Assembly: GCF_000143415.4 (NCBI RefSeq)
Contig: NW_003314310.1
Coordinates: forward strand, 1,417,081-1,475,004
Reading direction: 5' to 3'
DNA from: Selaginella moellendorffii
Lineage: Eukaryota; Plantae; Lycopodiophyta
Length of the DNA stretch: 57,924 bases
Part shown: positions 37,701 to 50,950 of the stretch, piece after piece
How positions within the stretch are numbered: position 1 is the stretch's first letter
Layout of the letters: every line of letters begins with the position of its first letter
Made by a program: the position numbers and the translations under genes
The notes under the pieces: model-generated
Database searches by the model: none
What the model was told of the DNA's origin: nothing
What the model saw: the letters and a program-made list of their open reading frames with translations, nothing else

Positions 37701-38393
37701 AAGAGTAGGCACTGAAAAACCTTAATGCGTGACCCTCCGCTCGGAATAAGATCTGTACCCTCCATTCTCCATAATCGAATGTAACCATTAGATGTAACCT
37801 GCGTAGCACTAACAGTTAGAGCGTTAACAAACCATACTGCCCTACCAATGCAAGAAAATCGTCGCAACAGTCTAGCGAGACTCCCCTGCCTTCACGTTCA
37901 TCAACATACATCACCCTCAGAGTAATACCCTATGAAAGTTTCTTCTTTTATGTATTGAAATACAAGAGCGAAAAGGAGTGAAGTGTACCGTGCAAGAAAT
38001 GACTTTTACAGTTTCCTCGTCGCTGTAGTACAAATTGTTGTTATGAATAGCCATAGAAGCATTGCCTACTATCTTTACCATCGCACAGCTTCCTGATTCT
38101 GCAGACATGAGAAATTTAGAAGAGAAGTTATGCGGTTTGCACAGACCAAGCACAAATACATAAGCTTCGTCTTCCGTCCAAATCAGAGCCCTTTCTGCAC
38201 AGGCATCAAGACCTTTGATGGAAGCTGGAACAGAAAGAACCTGACGCTTCTGGAGAAACAAAAACATCATGTACATCCGAAAACTAACTCTTACATTGGT
38301 TCCGTCCAGAGAAAATGTTACAGCCTGTAGAGCTGAAATTTGCATAATTGAAACATGTTTTCGCATTCGACAGAGAGCTGTCATTGAGAAACC
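34763..38393 (-). CDS. IFT140: Intraflagellar transport protein 140 (IFT-A), multi-exon; 5' end not visible and an internal gap
   Basis: Exons encode PVTHFWDMEDPNLLACE, LLYNIACGETREAEEAIDCIEDKSICKSLARF, ACVATRLGLLDDVEIMYKRFQRYDLLNFFYQ, HDFLHLKPTHHAYAKYLES...YELSDTHR|YEVPRML, AIQLFSRAGKFCYA and AVRIGDVYALLVEFY, all collinear with IFT140. Probable stop TAA at 34763-34765. Confidence 0.93.
35132..35231. other. Assembly gap (100 N) inside IFT140
   Basis: Run of N between the exons ending ...LIKS and LQQ|DTAVRIGDVY. Roughly 140 expected codons are absent, so the true gap is larger than 100 bp. Confidence 0.95.
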
Positions 38394-38620
38394 CTAAACG
38401 ATCCCAACTCTAGCAGAGCATAACTAAACAGTAAAATTTACGTGATGAAGCTCCACACAGGCGGGACGGTGGAATCCATTCAGAGTTTAGCAGCTGGAAT
38501 CCTGTCATTCACTGGATGAGTTTAAAGGTGCTGTTAGGGGGAAAATTGTGTAGCTGTTCTTTTCGTTTTGTATTTGCTAGCAAATAATACGGTACACCAA
38601 AAAGAAGCTATTAGGAGGAA

Positions 38621-39329
38621 NNNNNNNNNNNNNNNNNNNNNNNNNNNNNNNNNNNNNNNNNNNNNNNNNNNNNNNNNNNNNNNNNNNNNNNNNNNNNNNN
38701 NNNNNNNNNNNNNNNNNNNNNNNNNNNNNNNNNNNNNNNNNNNNNNNNNNNNNNNNNNNNNNNNNNNNNNNNNNNNNNNNNNNNNNNNNNNNNNNNNNNN
38801 NNNNNNNNNNNNNNNNNNNNNNNNNNNNNNNNNNNNNNNNNNNNNNNNNNNNNNNNNNNNNNNNNNNNNNNNNNNNNNNNNNNNNNNNNNNNNNNNNNNN
38901 NNNNNNNNNNNNNNNNNNNNNNNNNNNNNNNNNNNNNNNNNNNNNNNNNNNNNNNNNNNNNNNNNNNNNNNNNNNNNNNNNNNNNNNNNNNNNNNNNNNN
39001 NNNNNNNNNNNNNNNNNNNNNNNNNNNNNNNNNNNNNNNNNNNNNNNNNNNNNNNNNNNNNNNNNNNNNNNNNNNNNNNNNNNNNNNNNNNNNNNNNNNN
39101 NNNNNNNNNNNNNNNNNNNNNNNNNNNNNNNNNNNNNNNNNNNNNNNNNNNNNNNNNNNNNNNNNNNNNNNNNNNNNNNNNNNNNNNNNNNNNNNNNNNN
39201 NNNNNNNNNNNNNNNNNNNNNNNNNNNNNNNNNNNNNNNNNNNNNNNNNNNNNNNNNNNNNNNNNNNNNNNNNNNNNNNNNNNNNNNNNNNNNNNNNNNN
39301 NNNNNNNNNNNNNNNNNNNNNNNNNNNNN
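38621..39329. other. Assembly gap (709 N)
   Basis: Run of N. Confidence 1.
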
Positions 39330-42299
39330 CGACAATTTTTTCCCGTTGAGAAAGCTGCCATTGCAGTTCGACATGACGACTTCCAGGTCCCTCTTCATAT
39401 CACCATCATCCATCATCCACTTCACTTCAGTCATTCCATTCCCCCTCAGAACCTTGAGCAAGCTTACGAGCGTCACAAGGTACTTTTGGGACGTGTGGGA
39501 GCCAAGCCAGACGGTTTGCACTTCCTTTTCCTAGCTTTTCTTTTACTCTTCTTCTTTGTCTCTCTTTGTGTGAGTTTCCATGTTTCAGTTTGACTTCACA
39601 GGTTTTCCCATGTGGTTTCAAACTTTACACCTTCCTAACTTTCTAGTGTGTGTTCCACTCTTTCTTTCAGTTGCATTGTTTTTTTCTTTCAACTCGTTTT
39701 GCTCTAGCAGTTACCAGTCTTGGGTATTTCTCTTGGCCACATTACCTTGTTTTTCCAAAGGTTATTGGCTTGTCTTCACACCAGGGGTGCTCGATCCTCC
39801 TATGGTTGCCTATTAGAAGCTTCATCACCATAAGAGAGTTTAGTGCATGAGAGTGAGAGTGGGATATTCAAGTGGGATATTCTTTCAATGTCCCAAAACC
39901 CTTGTATGAATGCCCACAGAGCGTGAGAGACAAAGACAAAGGGCAAGCATTTGAGATATAGAGAACGGAGTTGGGATAGATGATCAAGACATGCCACATC
40001 CTCATTTCATGGTGAATTCTTTTTTTTTTATTTACTTTGTTTTTTTCTTCTTTGTTTCTTTTACATTTCACTCACCTAGAGCATCCATGGGCTTCCAGCT
40101 GGGTGAGTGGATTTGTTTAGTGCTCCAAGTGTTTGTCGTGTAGGTTTGCAGTGTCAAAGCATGTGGCATCCAAGCGGTGTGGGCTGTGATGAATTGTTTG
40201 TTTGCAATAACAAATGTATATAATAAGAAGCTATTACTAATAAAAGCCACCATTCGAGGAACACTCTTGCAAACCACACTAAAAGCCATTTTAATATTGA
40301 CTTGGCTACCTGTACTTTTCACTATTATAAGTCACTCAAAAGAAATATTGTAAAAGTCACTTTAAAAATTACTCGAATAAGCCATTTTAAAAAATTACTT
40401 TTGCATTATGGATTTTATAGTGGAAAGACTCCACACAATCAAATCACTTTTTGAGTGGCTTTTATGATGAAAGCCACAATGTTTGACTTGTTGTGGAGGC
40501 CCTTCTATCTCATGTTCTCCAGCACTTAAAAGCGATGCCACAGTGCATGAGTGGGCAACTTCTCTATTTCCTTTTAGATAGGCTAGATCTTGAGACAGTG
40601 ATCAAGAAGTTCTATAAGAAGTTTGGCAGTGAGAAGACCAACTAGGAACTTAACTTAGAGCATTTTGCCTTTTGACAACACAATGAGAGCATGGCAGATT
40701 AAACTATACAAAGCGGCTTGAAGACACTATAGTGACTAAACTTGATGCAGTACCTAAAGACTGGCCAGTTGCTAATGAGGTTGCGCTCACCTCGAATGAG
40801 ATTGAAAACCTTGAGAAATCTGGTTTCAATCTTGAAAGGAGAGTTGGAGACATGAGTGATAAAACCAAGACTGTTCCTATAGAGATGTATAGAAGGCTAG
40901 CAAGAAAAGGTAAGGTAGTTAAATTTATTGGTACCGTCTCCAAGTAGAAACAAGGTAAAATAAACTTGGCTCAAACACTTGAGTGTGAGATTCTCTCCAC
41001 GAAGTATATCATTGCGCTTGCAAAGAAGTATATAGTCAAAACAAAAAGTGGAGTACACAATTGCCATTCAAGACTTTCCTTCTTGCACATGTACAGACTT
41101 TATGAAGCGCAAAGAACATGGGAAGGCATATGCTCCTTGCAAGCATATATACTACATCTTCATCAACATCTTGCACCAAAATCATAAAGTGGATATTTAT
41201 ATACACTAAGCAAGCCTTACTATTGCCGAGTTGCAGAAAACTTTTGGAGCTAATTAGATTTTCCAGCACTATCGATGTTTATTCTTTATCAATAATATAA
41301 ACTAATTATACCCTATATAATTAATAAAAATATTTTATTATTTCATTTTTCATTTCATATACTTGTGAATGTTCTTTTTGCAATACTGCCTATAGTATTT
41401 GTGAGTCTCCATTTTTGTCTTTACCATCTCAAAATAGTAGTCTTTTGAGTGTGTGATGTTGCAATGTGTTGTAAGAGCATATATACCATCATAGTTGTTT
41501 TTTTTTCCTTTCAAATGGTTATATGGCCTTATATAAAATCTTAATTCAAATTTAATAATTCTAAAATTCTGACAAACCTGACATTTACTAGCTAGAAAAC
41601 ACAGAGTAAAAATTTAAAGAAGTGACAAGAATACTCTTTTTTCAACACTTTATTTTATGTTCTAACAAATATCCCTATTATTGCATGTAGTAAATTTTTA
41701 AATTATTAGAATAAGAAGTGTCCTTTAGAACATTTTTATTTATATAATATATAGAGAGTTATTAAATTATTAGGTTCACCATAACCTTAAAATTTTAAAG
41801 TTTATAATGTTTGTACTAAATTACAATTGAAAATTGAGCTCAACTTGTGAGCTCAACTCTTTAGTTCGTGAGCTCAAGTATAATCCGCACTCCAACTTCT
41901 CAACATGCTTCTTAATTTTTCACTTACACTATTGGTGTATAAGCAAGAATGAACATAATCCGCTACATCACCTTCCATACCAGACCAAAAGTCCCTATTT
42001 CAATGAGATAAGAGTCTTTCATTTACCACTATATCCCACTACTAGAACATCATGTTGTTCCCATAGAAATAGCTATCACATATCCTTTAATGAAGATATA
42101 TTATCTTTTGCTTATAGTAAATAAGCCCATCTTGAATTGAGAAGTGAAGTTTCTCATTGTCACGACTAACAACTTTTGCAACTTCACTACTAGGGTTCTA
42201 CTTCAACAACTCTGCAAGGTGAAAAATTGCCTTCACTAATAGATCATTTTTATATAAGAACTTCAAACGTCACTAGAAGGTGTGTATTGCTTCAAATAT

Positions 42300-42480
42300 C
42301 ACAAAAGGACAAGAACCTAGTCATCTTGCTTTTGTCCAAGGTCTTACTAATGATCCAGCATAAAGTTGCCAAATGACATCATATAGTGTGCATCAATGTC
42401 TTTGATCATACTGAGGAGCTGGAGTGAGAGTACCTCTAGGAATTGGTCATCCCACCTAATGCCAAGGATGATCATGACCT
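42300..42480 (-). mobile_element. Highly decayed Ty1/copia RNase H-like fragment
   Basis: MIKDIDAHY resembles the copia motif RTKHIDxRYHF. The surrounding frames are broken. Confidence 0.35.
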
Positions 42481-45400
42481 TGAGATAGTGATCATGAAGT
42501 TTATAAGAAATTTGAAAACAAGAAGACCAACCAACAATTTGGAGTTTTTCTGCTTTTGGCAAAGACACAACAAAAGAGTGTTGTATATTATAGAAAAGGT
42601 TGTAGCATTTACTTGCTATAGCTTGGTGTATTTGTTGACACTTAGGGTCAGAGAGTGCTTGATCCTCCCTAGTTGCTTATTGAGGCCTTTGTCATGAATG
42701 TGACTATGAGTATTAAAACTTTCTTATTGACAAATTCTTTTAGATATTCTCCTCTTATTGCCATATCAATTAAAGGTTAGTACCATTGATTCCATTTGTT
42801 TGTCCCTCTAATACTAAATGTAGTACTAATTGTTTTGACCCTATACTCTATGGTGTTTTATGATAAGACAACCATAAAATAGAACCTAACCCTTGATGGA
42901 TATTGGCATTTTTGATCTACTAGATTTGAAATATCAATAGAATGTTGCTAGTGCTTGCTTTAGCAATTTGGGTCCTTTAGTATTGTTAACTAGGATCTAT
43001 TTGTATTGATTAGTGTGATGGTTAGCACAAAAAATAGGATCATTGAGAGAGAGAGCCAAGTTATATAACAAATCTATAGTAGCTACCTTATGATTAAAGA
43101 TTTCACCATGCATATAGAGTGCCAAAGCTAGTTTCTTATACTACCCTAAACTTCAAGATCAATATAATAATCATAGACAAAGATATCTTATTAGAGGACT
43201 AAATTATCAATTAACAAATCTTAGATTGGATCACTATAGTGTTCCAATTAAATTATCATCTGATAAACTAATAGAGTATAAAAACCATAAAAGATTAAGA
43301 GACATAAAATTAAACCATCTCAAGAGAATTCAATAGTAAGCATACCACCAAATAAACTCAATGATAAGCTTAAGTACCAATATCCCAGATATAATGCCAC
43401 ATAATATATAAGAAACAGCTTAAAGTACACAAATCATCATCTCTTGACTTATAAATACCTGAAAATGCATCACTTGAAGAAAATAATATCCCAATCAAGC
43501 AGAAATTAACATATCAAAATAAAAAGACCAACAAATAATCATTTCAAAAGGCATAACTATGTAAACAATTCTAAAATATCTATTTATAGTATTCTATCTA
43601 AACCTTTTTGACAAATTTGGTTTGTTTGATCAAGAAGGTTGGGGCTTTTGGCTTCTATGTCTATATTATTTATAGGCAAAATATTATCTTTTGTGTGAGT
43701 GTGATTTTATATATAAAAAATTACTTGTTGATAAGTCCTTTTAGATATTTTTCTCTTACTATCATGATAGAAGGAGATTGGTACTCCATTTAAGCTAGTT
43801 AGGAAATTGATCATTATGTGTGCATTTAGACTAGATAAACATATGATATGTATTTCTTGCTAAGAATACTTTGCCTAGTATAAGAAACTCATATGTATAG
43901 CTTGCACTTGTTGGCTTGCACTAGTGTAATACATATCATCATGGGATGAAATTTGAATATAATCAAACAATTGCCCCTTTTTCAATTGGCTCAATGATAA
44001 AAAGATAAAGTGTGCTATATGTGGTATCAAAACAAATGGCACAAGTTTAATTCCCATTGATTACTGACTACTTAAAACATAATAAACTTTTAAGTAAAAT
44101 ATATTTCTACCCTTCAAATTGAAATCATACATATTAGGCATTCATAAGTAAGTCCTTTGTTTTGTAGAGCATCCATTTGAAAAGTTTTCCACCATAGGGG
44201 TGCGAAAGTTAAGAACGCATAAAGAAGCACTTGAGGACTAAGCATAAAGCAATTGATAAACAAGTCTTTAGAAAGAGACAAAAGACTCACTAACACATGG
44301 CAAGTGTAAGTCGATGAAACGTGTATGTACATTTCTTTAATGTCCCATAGGGACTAATACAAAAAGTTAGACAAAGACCAAGTTGATGAGTATGTGCATT
44401 CCCTAATGTCCCATAGGGACTAATACAAAAACTAGGTATGCTACCCTGAAATTGAGCTACTTAGTGAAACTCTCCCTCATCCAAAGCAACACTAAATGTG
44501 AAGTAGGAGTGGCTGGGGTTGTTGTTGTCATACCAAATCTAGATCCACATCCCCCCATTGTGCAGACCGTAAAATCGACTTTGGGGGGCACCATCTTCAA
44601 TAAACCTCCTAGTTGCCATTACTAAAATATGGTAGCCATGCATTTTGCCACTCCTCCAGCCTCTTTGGCTTCCCTCTGCCTCGGAGGATAGTGTGGTATA
44701 GCTTTATTGTTGCTAGTGTAAGTCTCTACCACTCCGCCATCACTGCTGATACTCTAACCTAGATTGCATCTTCCCATAAGGCCTGGACTTATGTCATGTA
44801 CCATACTGCCCATCTAGCATGGCTAAGAGCCTCCCACACAAGAACCCTTATCTCCACACTAGTCATATCCCAATGGACTTGGATCCCCCAGCTATGTTGT
44901 CCCTTGCATCTGATGTGTTGCAAGGCCCTAGGTAGGACCTCCCCCTTGAATCGGCCTATGTGACCTCTAGCTCTTTCCCTACTTTGATGATTTGGCACCA
45001 CACCTCCTTCATAGTATCACACTCCCACAATGCATGGATGACTGTTTCAATCTCACTACACTCCCTACACTTGCGACTCACATTGTCTTGAAACTGCAGT
45101 CTGACCAAAATACCATTGCTGGCTATCAACCACAAAGTGACTTTTACCTTCTCCTATACAAAAAGCTTCCAGAAGTGCACCATGTTGTCCATCACTTATT
45201 CTATATTGACTCCTTATGCTATCCACTTTTACCACAGCTTCGGGATCTCCTCTCTTACCTGCTCTCTGGATGTCAGCAATCTATTGCATGCTTCCTTGAC
45301 CTCGTATGAGAAAAAGGTCTTCTCCCTTTGTTGCCATGTAGCAGGGTCTTAGTTTAGATCCTCTAGCAACTGCTAGCAGCACCATAGCAATGATTTATTG

Positions 45401-45659
45401 CCCTCCAAGAGGCCCTCTGACTCCACTATATCTAGTCTCTTGGGTGTATGTCAGAGAACTCAGGTCCTCTTATGGACCTCACCATTAGTGATGTTTGGCA
45501 TCTCTTGTGTCTCTCCCATCCAATCTAACCCGGGGAGGGGGATTGGGAGAGATTTGGGAATCCGTGGATGGATGGCTAATCCCTATCGAAGGGTCTGCAC
45601 CTTCTGCGTTACCAGCATTTGCAGTCTTTTGCTTTTTCTTTCGTTTCTCGTCACACTTT

Positions 45660-46110
45660 AGCTTGCGTACGAGAGTCTCCAGCAGGGCATTGGTCTATGC
45701 CAATTGTCTTTCTAGAACGTCCAATCAAGCCTTGGACGACCAAACCTCACCCCCGAACTCCTGTTTGGAAGTTTCCTCACTAGAGTCCTCCTCATGCAAG
45801 GATTCCTCATCCATAGCCTCTTGTTTGACCAAAGGCTCCAGCTCTGGCAGAGGTTCTGTCTCCGCCTTGATTCGCTTATGCCCTGCCTTTGCCATCTCCC
45901 AGCAATCCGCCTCTATCCTTCGCTAGAACTGAGGAAAAGGCTCCAATACCAAATTGTAAGCCACAAATTTTTCCTTTCAAATTTGCTAGTTTACCTCGAC
46001 TATCCGTCCAACATTGCCTTGGCTTTTGCTAAGTTCCTCGCCAAGGTTCTTGCCTGTGGTACCATCTCCTACCTGGTTTTACTTGGTTTCAGCTACTCCC
46101 TACACGAACA
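45660..46110 (-). mobile_element. Family B LTR 3' end, PBS and start of internal region
   Basis: 45955-46100 matches the reverse complement of 23430-23572. LTR end ...GGCTTACA is followed by att-TGGTATTGGAGC (45940-45951). Confidence 0.75.
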
Positions 46111-46169
46111 ACAGAGCCAAACAAGGTCGAACAGACCGAAGTGGAATCAATCCCTCAAGTAGTTCCCAA

Positions 46170-47772
46170 GTACAAATCAAAGCCCCCACCGGTTTTCAAG
46201 GGAGTGAACGACTATAAGGTGGTGGAGGATTGGTTTTACGATATGAAGGACTACTTCTGAGCGTTGCAATTACCGAGCTCGGAGAAGGTCCCATGTACAA
46301 AACCATATTTGGCAGATAATGCCAAGTCTTGGTGGAGAACGACGGAGGCCAACGAAGGACCGGTGGCCACTTGGGAAATGATGAAGGCGAGGATTTGTGC
46401 GACATACGTTCCTCTGAATGCTACTCTGCACCTAAGGGATGAGCTAAGTAGGCTGAAGCAGATCGGAACTATTCAAAAGTATGTGAATGGATTTATGGCA
46501 AAGAGGATACTGGTCACGGATATGGGTGATATGGATGCATTCCATGCCTTTATATCAAACCTGGGTTCGCGGTGAGGTGATGCGTTGGAACCCGACCAAT
46601 TACAAAGAAGCGTTGGATGCAGCTATCAAGGTGTATTTCAACAATAACCTGCGAAAGGGGAACACGACGAGGTTAGGGTCCACATTTAGCAAAAGGGCCA
46701 AACCAAGGGGAACGTATAGCAAAGGGAAATTCAAGAAGAGTTTATCTAAGAATGAGTCATCGGGGTTCTGGAAAGGCAAATCCGGTGGCTAGCAAGCGAG
46801 TACGTGGGGGAGTCAAGCAAAAAGAGACAAACCCACGGATAAGAAGGTCAAGTCTGCTAGCAGCGTGGGAAATAACGTATGCTACAACTGCGGTGAAGCA
46901 GGACACTTCTCGAGGGAATGTCCCTACCTGAAGAAGGCTAGAGCCAATATGGCCATTAAGTCGGGTGAAATCTAAATTGAGGTATATGATCCAGTCCCTA
47001 GCTCAAAGTTACTCATTACACGAGCAACTTTGGTAGAGAGTCGTTCGCGACATCTACTAGCCCTCCGAAGGAAGCTCGAAGGTAGCTTTATTAAGATCCT
47101 TATTGACATGGGTGCTTCGAATAATTTTGTGGCTACAGACATAGTCCTGCAAGCCAGATTAACGGTGTAGCGGCTTGGTGAACCAAGGACTATAGAGTTT
47201 GTTCAAGGCAGCCAAAGCACCGATGAGGTACTTCGACAAGCAAGAGTCGAAGTAGGGACATGGAAAGTAGATATGGATTTCACCGTGTTGAACATGGCGG
47301 GATTTGACGTGATCTTTGGGATGGATTGGTTCAATCGGTTCATGGTAGCCCTACATGGACAAGGTAGGAACCTTGTGGTACTAGCAAATGCCCAAGGAAA
47401 AAGATCCAGGGTGGAGGCCTAGGATTTAAAGGTAGAGCAATATAAGGCCAAAGATTCCTGCTTAAACCTGGTGTCCACGAGAGGACAACTCACTAAAGGA
47501 ACCAAGATAGCATTTTTGTGCTTACTCTCGGTGAAGAGTGACAAAAAGACGGGAATAGAAGAATTACCTTTAGTGATCCAGCGGGTGTTAGACCAATTCT
47601 AGGATACCATGCCAGAGGAGCTACTAACGGGGTTGTCCCCCCGCACGACTGATAGAACATAAAATTGAGCTGGTCGAGGGTGCTGAGGCGGTGGTTCGTC
47701 CCCCCTATCGTTTGAACGAAAAGGAACTCGAGGAGCTCAAGTGCCAACTAGAAGAGTTCGTGGACAAAGGAG
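46170..47772 (+). mobile_element. Ty3/gypsy gag-protease-RT(start) pseudogene, truncated
   Basis: Gag YLADNAKSWW...TWEMMK...LSRLKQIGTIQKYVNGF, zinc knuckle CYNCGEAGHFSREC (~46880), protease ILIDMGASNNFV (~47095) and RT start HKIELVEG...PPYRLNEKELEELKCQLEEFVDKG. Contains stops and frameshifts. Confidence 0.93.
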
Positions 47773-48811
47773 AGAACTAACGTCTCTAAACTAACCATTC
47801 ATCTCCTCAGTTCTCACAATCTGGCAGGATGCTAGCATCGACACCCATTGCTTTCCACAGCTCGTACATATTTATATATAAATGGCAATACATTCTATAA
47901 AAAATATTTTCTTTAATTAATGAAGTAGAGAATGAAAATTATTTAGCCAATGTCAATCCATGGCTTGGTAGATAGTGAATAAAAAATATTTTGAAGAAGG
48001 TACATCTTTGCAGTACCAACCATAGTTTACTGTCTTTACCAAGCAAATCCATTACTGAGACAACAAGAAAAATACTGTATTCTCCAGCAAGCCTAGAATT
48101 TCTATATAGCTCTTTCAATGATAACCCAGCTCCAGGAGAACGACTATAAAACTGTTATGGAATCATCTAACTTGAGGATTTGTCCTAAATGTATTGGTAT
48201 ATTTAGGTACAATATAGATATGAGTATACATGATGTAATGCTCCTGGACACCATGCAATCAAAGATGTGATGGTTGTGTTCTTCACTCTCCACAAATGGC
48301 TTTCTAGACATCGAGAGACTTGGTGCTGGTTTGGGCTCTCCAGGCTGCAATATATACTTGCTAAGGTACAATTTCCAAGAAGTCTGTATTTACTTGTATG
48401 TAGTGTTCCAAGCTATTGTCTCGTTCGGCCTTTCCCATGTCTCTGAAAATGATGAAGCTTGCACTGTTAGATCCATTGCCTGGAGGAGTGATAAAATTCT
48501 TGAGTTTGCTCCAGCCAGCTTTCTCACTAGGTATTTAATCAAGTGTAGGCTAATGTTGCTGAAACCCACATTGTTTTTGTACCTTCCATATCTGTAAGAA
48601 AACTCTTGCCAGGAAAAAGACTTGTCATTGTTGCGTGATGCATATATCCATGAGTGTGCTCAACCATGTTCATGTGAGGGAGTGGGTGAGCTGGATGGTC
48701 AGGTATTTCTGGTTGTGATAGTTTGAGCTTTTACCTTAAACTGTTAGTAGAGCTTCCATGTTGGCGAGGCACCACTAGATGTGAAGCCTGACTTGCAAGA
48801 TATTTGAATTC

Positions 48812-49625
48812 CCATTACGTTCTGGAGAAACCATCAATTGACAAGCCTGAAAAATACACTGTTTAAGACAGATCAAAGAATTGTGTAGTGAGTACCTTGG
48901 ACAATAGACCACTCCCAGTTCGCACAGGTCAGTAAAGAGTAGATTACTCCCTTGGGAACTTTATAAGAGCCGTCAGAAAGGACCCCCATTGACACCCAGG
49001 TGCCCTGCAATTTACAAAGGAGTTAGCGATAGAGCCAGAGAAAAAATTTTCACTTCGAACCTTGGGAATTCCCAGCACCCAGTCACAGATATGGTCATAG
49101 GCAGAACTTGCAGTAGACAGTGCACTAGAAAGCTTCCTTTCTTTGATAATTGCAGCACCACAATGCTGGATGGTGGAAACGAAGGGCCCGTTCAGCCTGG
49201 AATGTTAATCAACACAAATATAGACTCAAAAGAAAGAAAGAAAGAAACTTGCCATTCGTCCTTGTTGACAACTTCATGAACAGGCTTCTCTCCCTTGGGA
49301 GTAATCACCACAGCATGACTAACTTCCAGGTAGTGTTGATGAGTGCTTTCCCCAGATAATCACATTCTTCACGTCCAAGTACTTTTAGAGATCTGCCCCA
49401 GCACCCGGTTGTGGTCCAGCTTTGTCAAGCAAGTGATGTTCTTGTCAGGAATGGAAGGGGCAAAATTCTTGAGGATCAACGCATTAGTTTTGGCAGGGTT
49501 GGCAACCACCAGAACCTGTCACAGCTTCCAATTTTAAATGCTCATACGTTTCGTATATATGTTACCTTCACGTCCTTGGCAGCACACTTTTCAAGAGCAG
49601 AAGCTTGAGACTTGTAGATGGAGAC
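48812..49625 (-). pseudogene. MDH: Cytosolic NAD-malate dehydrogenase fragment (C-terminal two thirds, introns retained)
   Basis: VSIYKSQASALEK..K|[42 protein letters not shown]...|[42 protein letters not shown]|[14 protein letters not shown]. Contains a deletion, frameshifts and stops. Confidence 0.93.
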
Positions 49626-49995
49626 TCATGCTATCACACGACAGATCATTGTCACTTTTAGCCACCCTTTTTCCAACCTGCACATTACCAAGTTCGTCAC
49701 CCATTGCTTCTTGCGCTTTCACAGCAGCATAAAGTGGTTGAAGGTCGACAGAGACATCGCCCATTGTATCATCCTCTGAGAACGTATCTCTATCAAACAC
49801 CTGCTGAAGAAAATCAATAGTTTTACTCCCAACCAAGAATGGTGCTTTTTTTACTTACAAGTTTCAAAGGAAAGGTTGCTGATAAAAGGTGTTGTTCGTC
49901 CCAGATAGGATTTAATGACGATCTTTATTGTGCCTTCCGTGAACTTGCTGTAGAAGTCCCTCACTGTAAGGTTTATGCCTTTTATTACACACACT
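49626..49995 (-). pseudogene. C2-domain fragment (CAR / AGD11-13 ARF-GAP type)
   Basis: VIKGINLTVRDF...LNPIWDEQHLLS...PLKL|QVFDRDTFSEDDTMGDVSVDLQPLYAA...LGNVQVGKRV, frameshifted. Confidence 0.85.
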
Positions 49996-50950
49996 TGTAA
50001 GAGAAAAAAATGAAACATAAGAGAAAACACGTCCTCATACCATAAGCTACTCTTCCACTGAGATCATCCCCTTCTTGCTCACATAGATACCATCCAAGTC
50101 CTTGTTCTTTACATGGCATTTCTTGCAGCAAAAAAAGAAGAAACATCACCACAAGATAGATCTGAAAAACTCATCTCATACCTGGTTGATGAGAGCAGTG
50201 AACCTCATGGCGTGCAACTGCGGTGAAATGTTGAATTACATAAGCGAAAAAACAGGTTTGAAAATGCTTCGAAAAAACAGGTTTACCCAAAAAAAATAAA
50301 AACGTTCAACTCTCAACTGTTTGTCCCACATGTCTTATCTCCACCATTAAGCTCGAAAAGAATCTTGATTAAATATGTCGCCCTTGCTCTTTTAAATATA
50401 GAAGGATAAACATACTAAAACAAATTAAGAAAAAGAAATAGTTTAAACAATTACAGTTACAAATACATCTTTTCAAATTGAAAATATTTTCTACTACACC
50501 CAGTGGAGCTGGGATCCCTGCGATATATCAACGGCAGCGATGAGCACATTTAAGAAAATCATATAAATTTTTATATAGAACTTGACTTAAACTATAATAA
50601 TAATATAAAAAATAGATCATAATACTATAGAATGGAATATTTAAAGAATCATGGAAAAAAGTTTAAAGAGATTTCCTCCATAGTGGGTTTATTATTCTTC
50701 AGATTTGTTGAGAAGCTAATTGAGTTTTTTCATGGATGGAATTGTTAAACAAAAGAGCCGGTATAATAATAGCATATGCTGGGGATGCTTATTCTCGGCA
50801 TATGCCAAAATCTAACGGCTGAGATTAAACAATGTAAAGTCGTGACTTTTGGGATCATAAAAAATGTCAAATGTCTTTTAGGGCGCGTGACCACGAGGAG
50901 ACAGCGTTGATCATCACTTGCGGGAAGGTACTCTCTCTCTCTCTCTCTCT

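Noticed and set aside
38534-39593. Long ORFs of 275-341 aa in the ORF track
   Set aside because: Artefacts of translating through the N gap.
40240-40490. CACTA subterminal repeats (AAAAGCCAC/AAAGTCAC)
   Set aside because: Short repeats are present but no convincing paired CACTA TIRs or 3-bp TSD were found.
48150-48700. UDP-glycosyltransferase PSPG box suggested by IAWCP
   Set aside because: The downstream HCGWNS motif is absent. The region may be a gene fragment but cannot be assigned.
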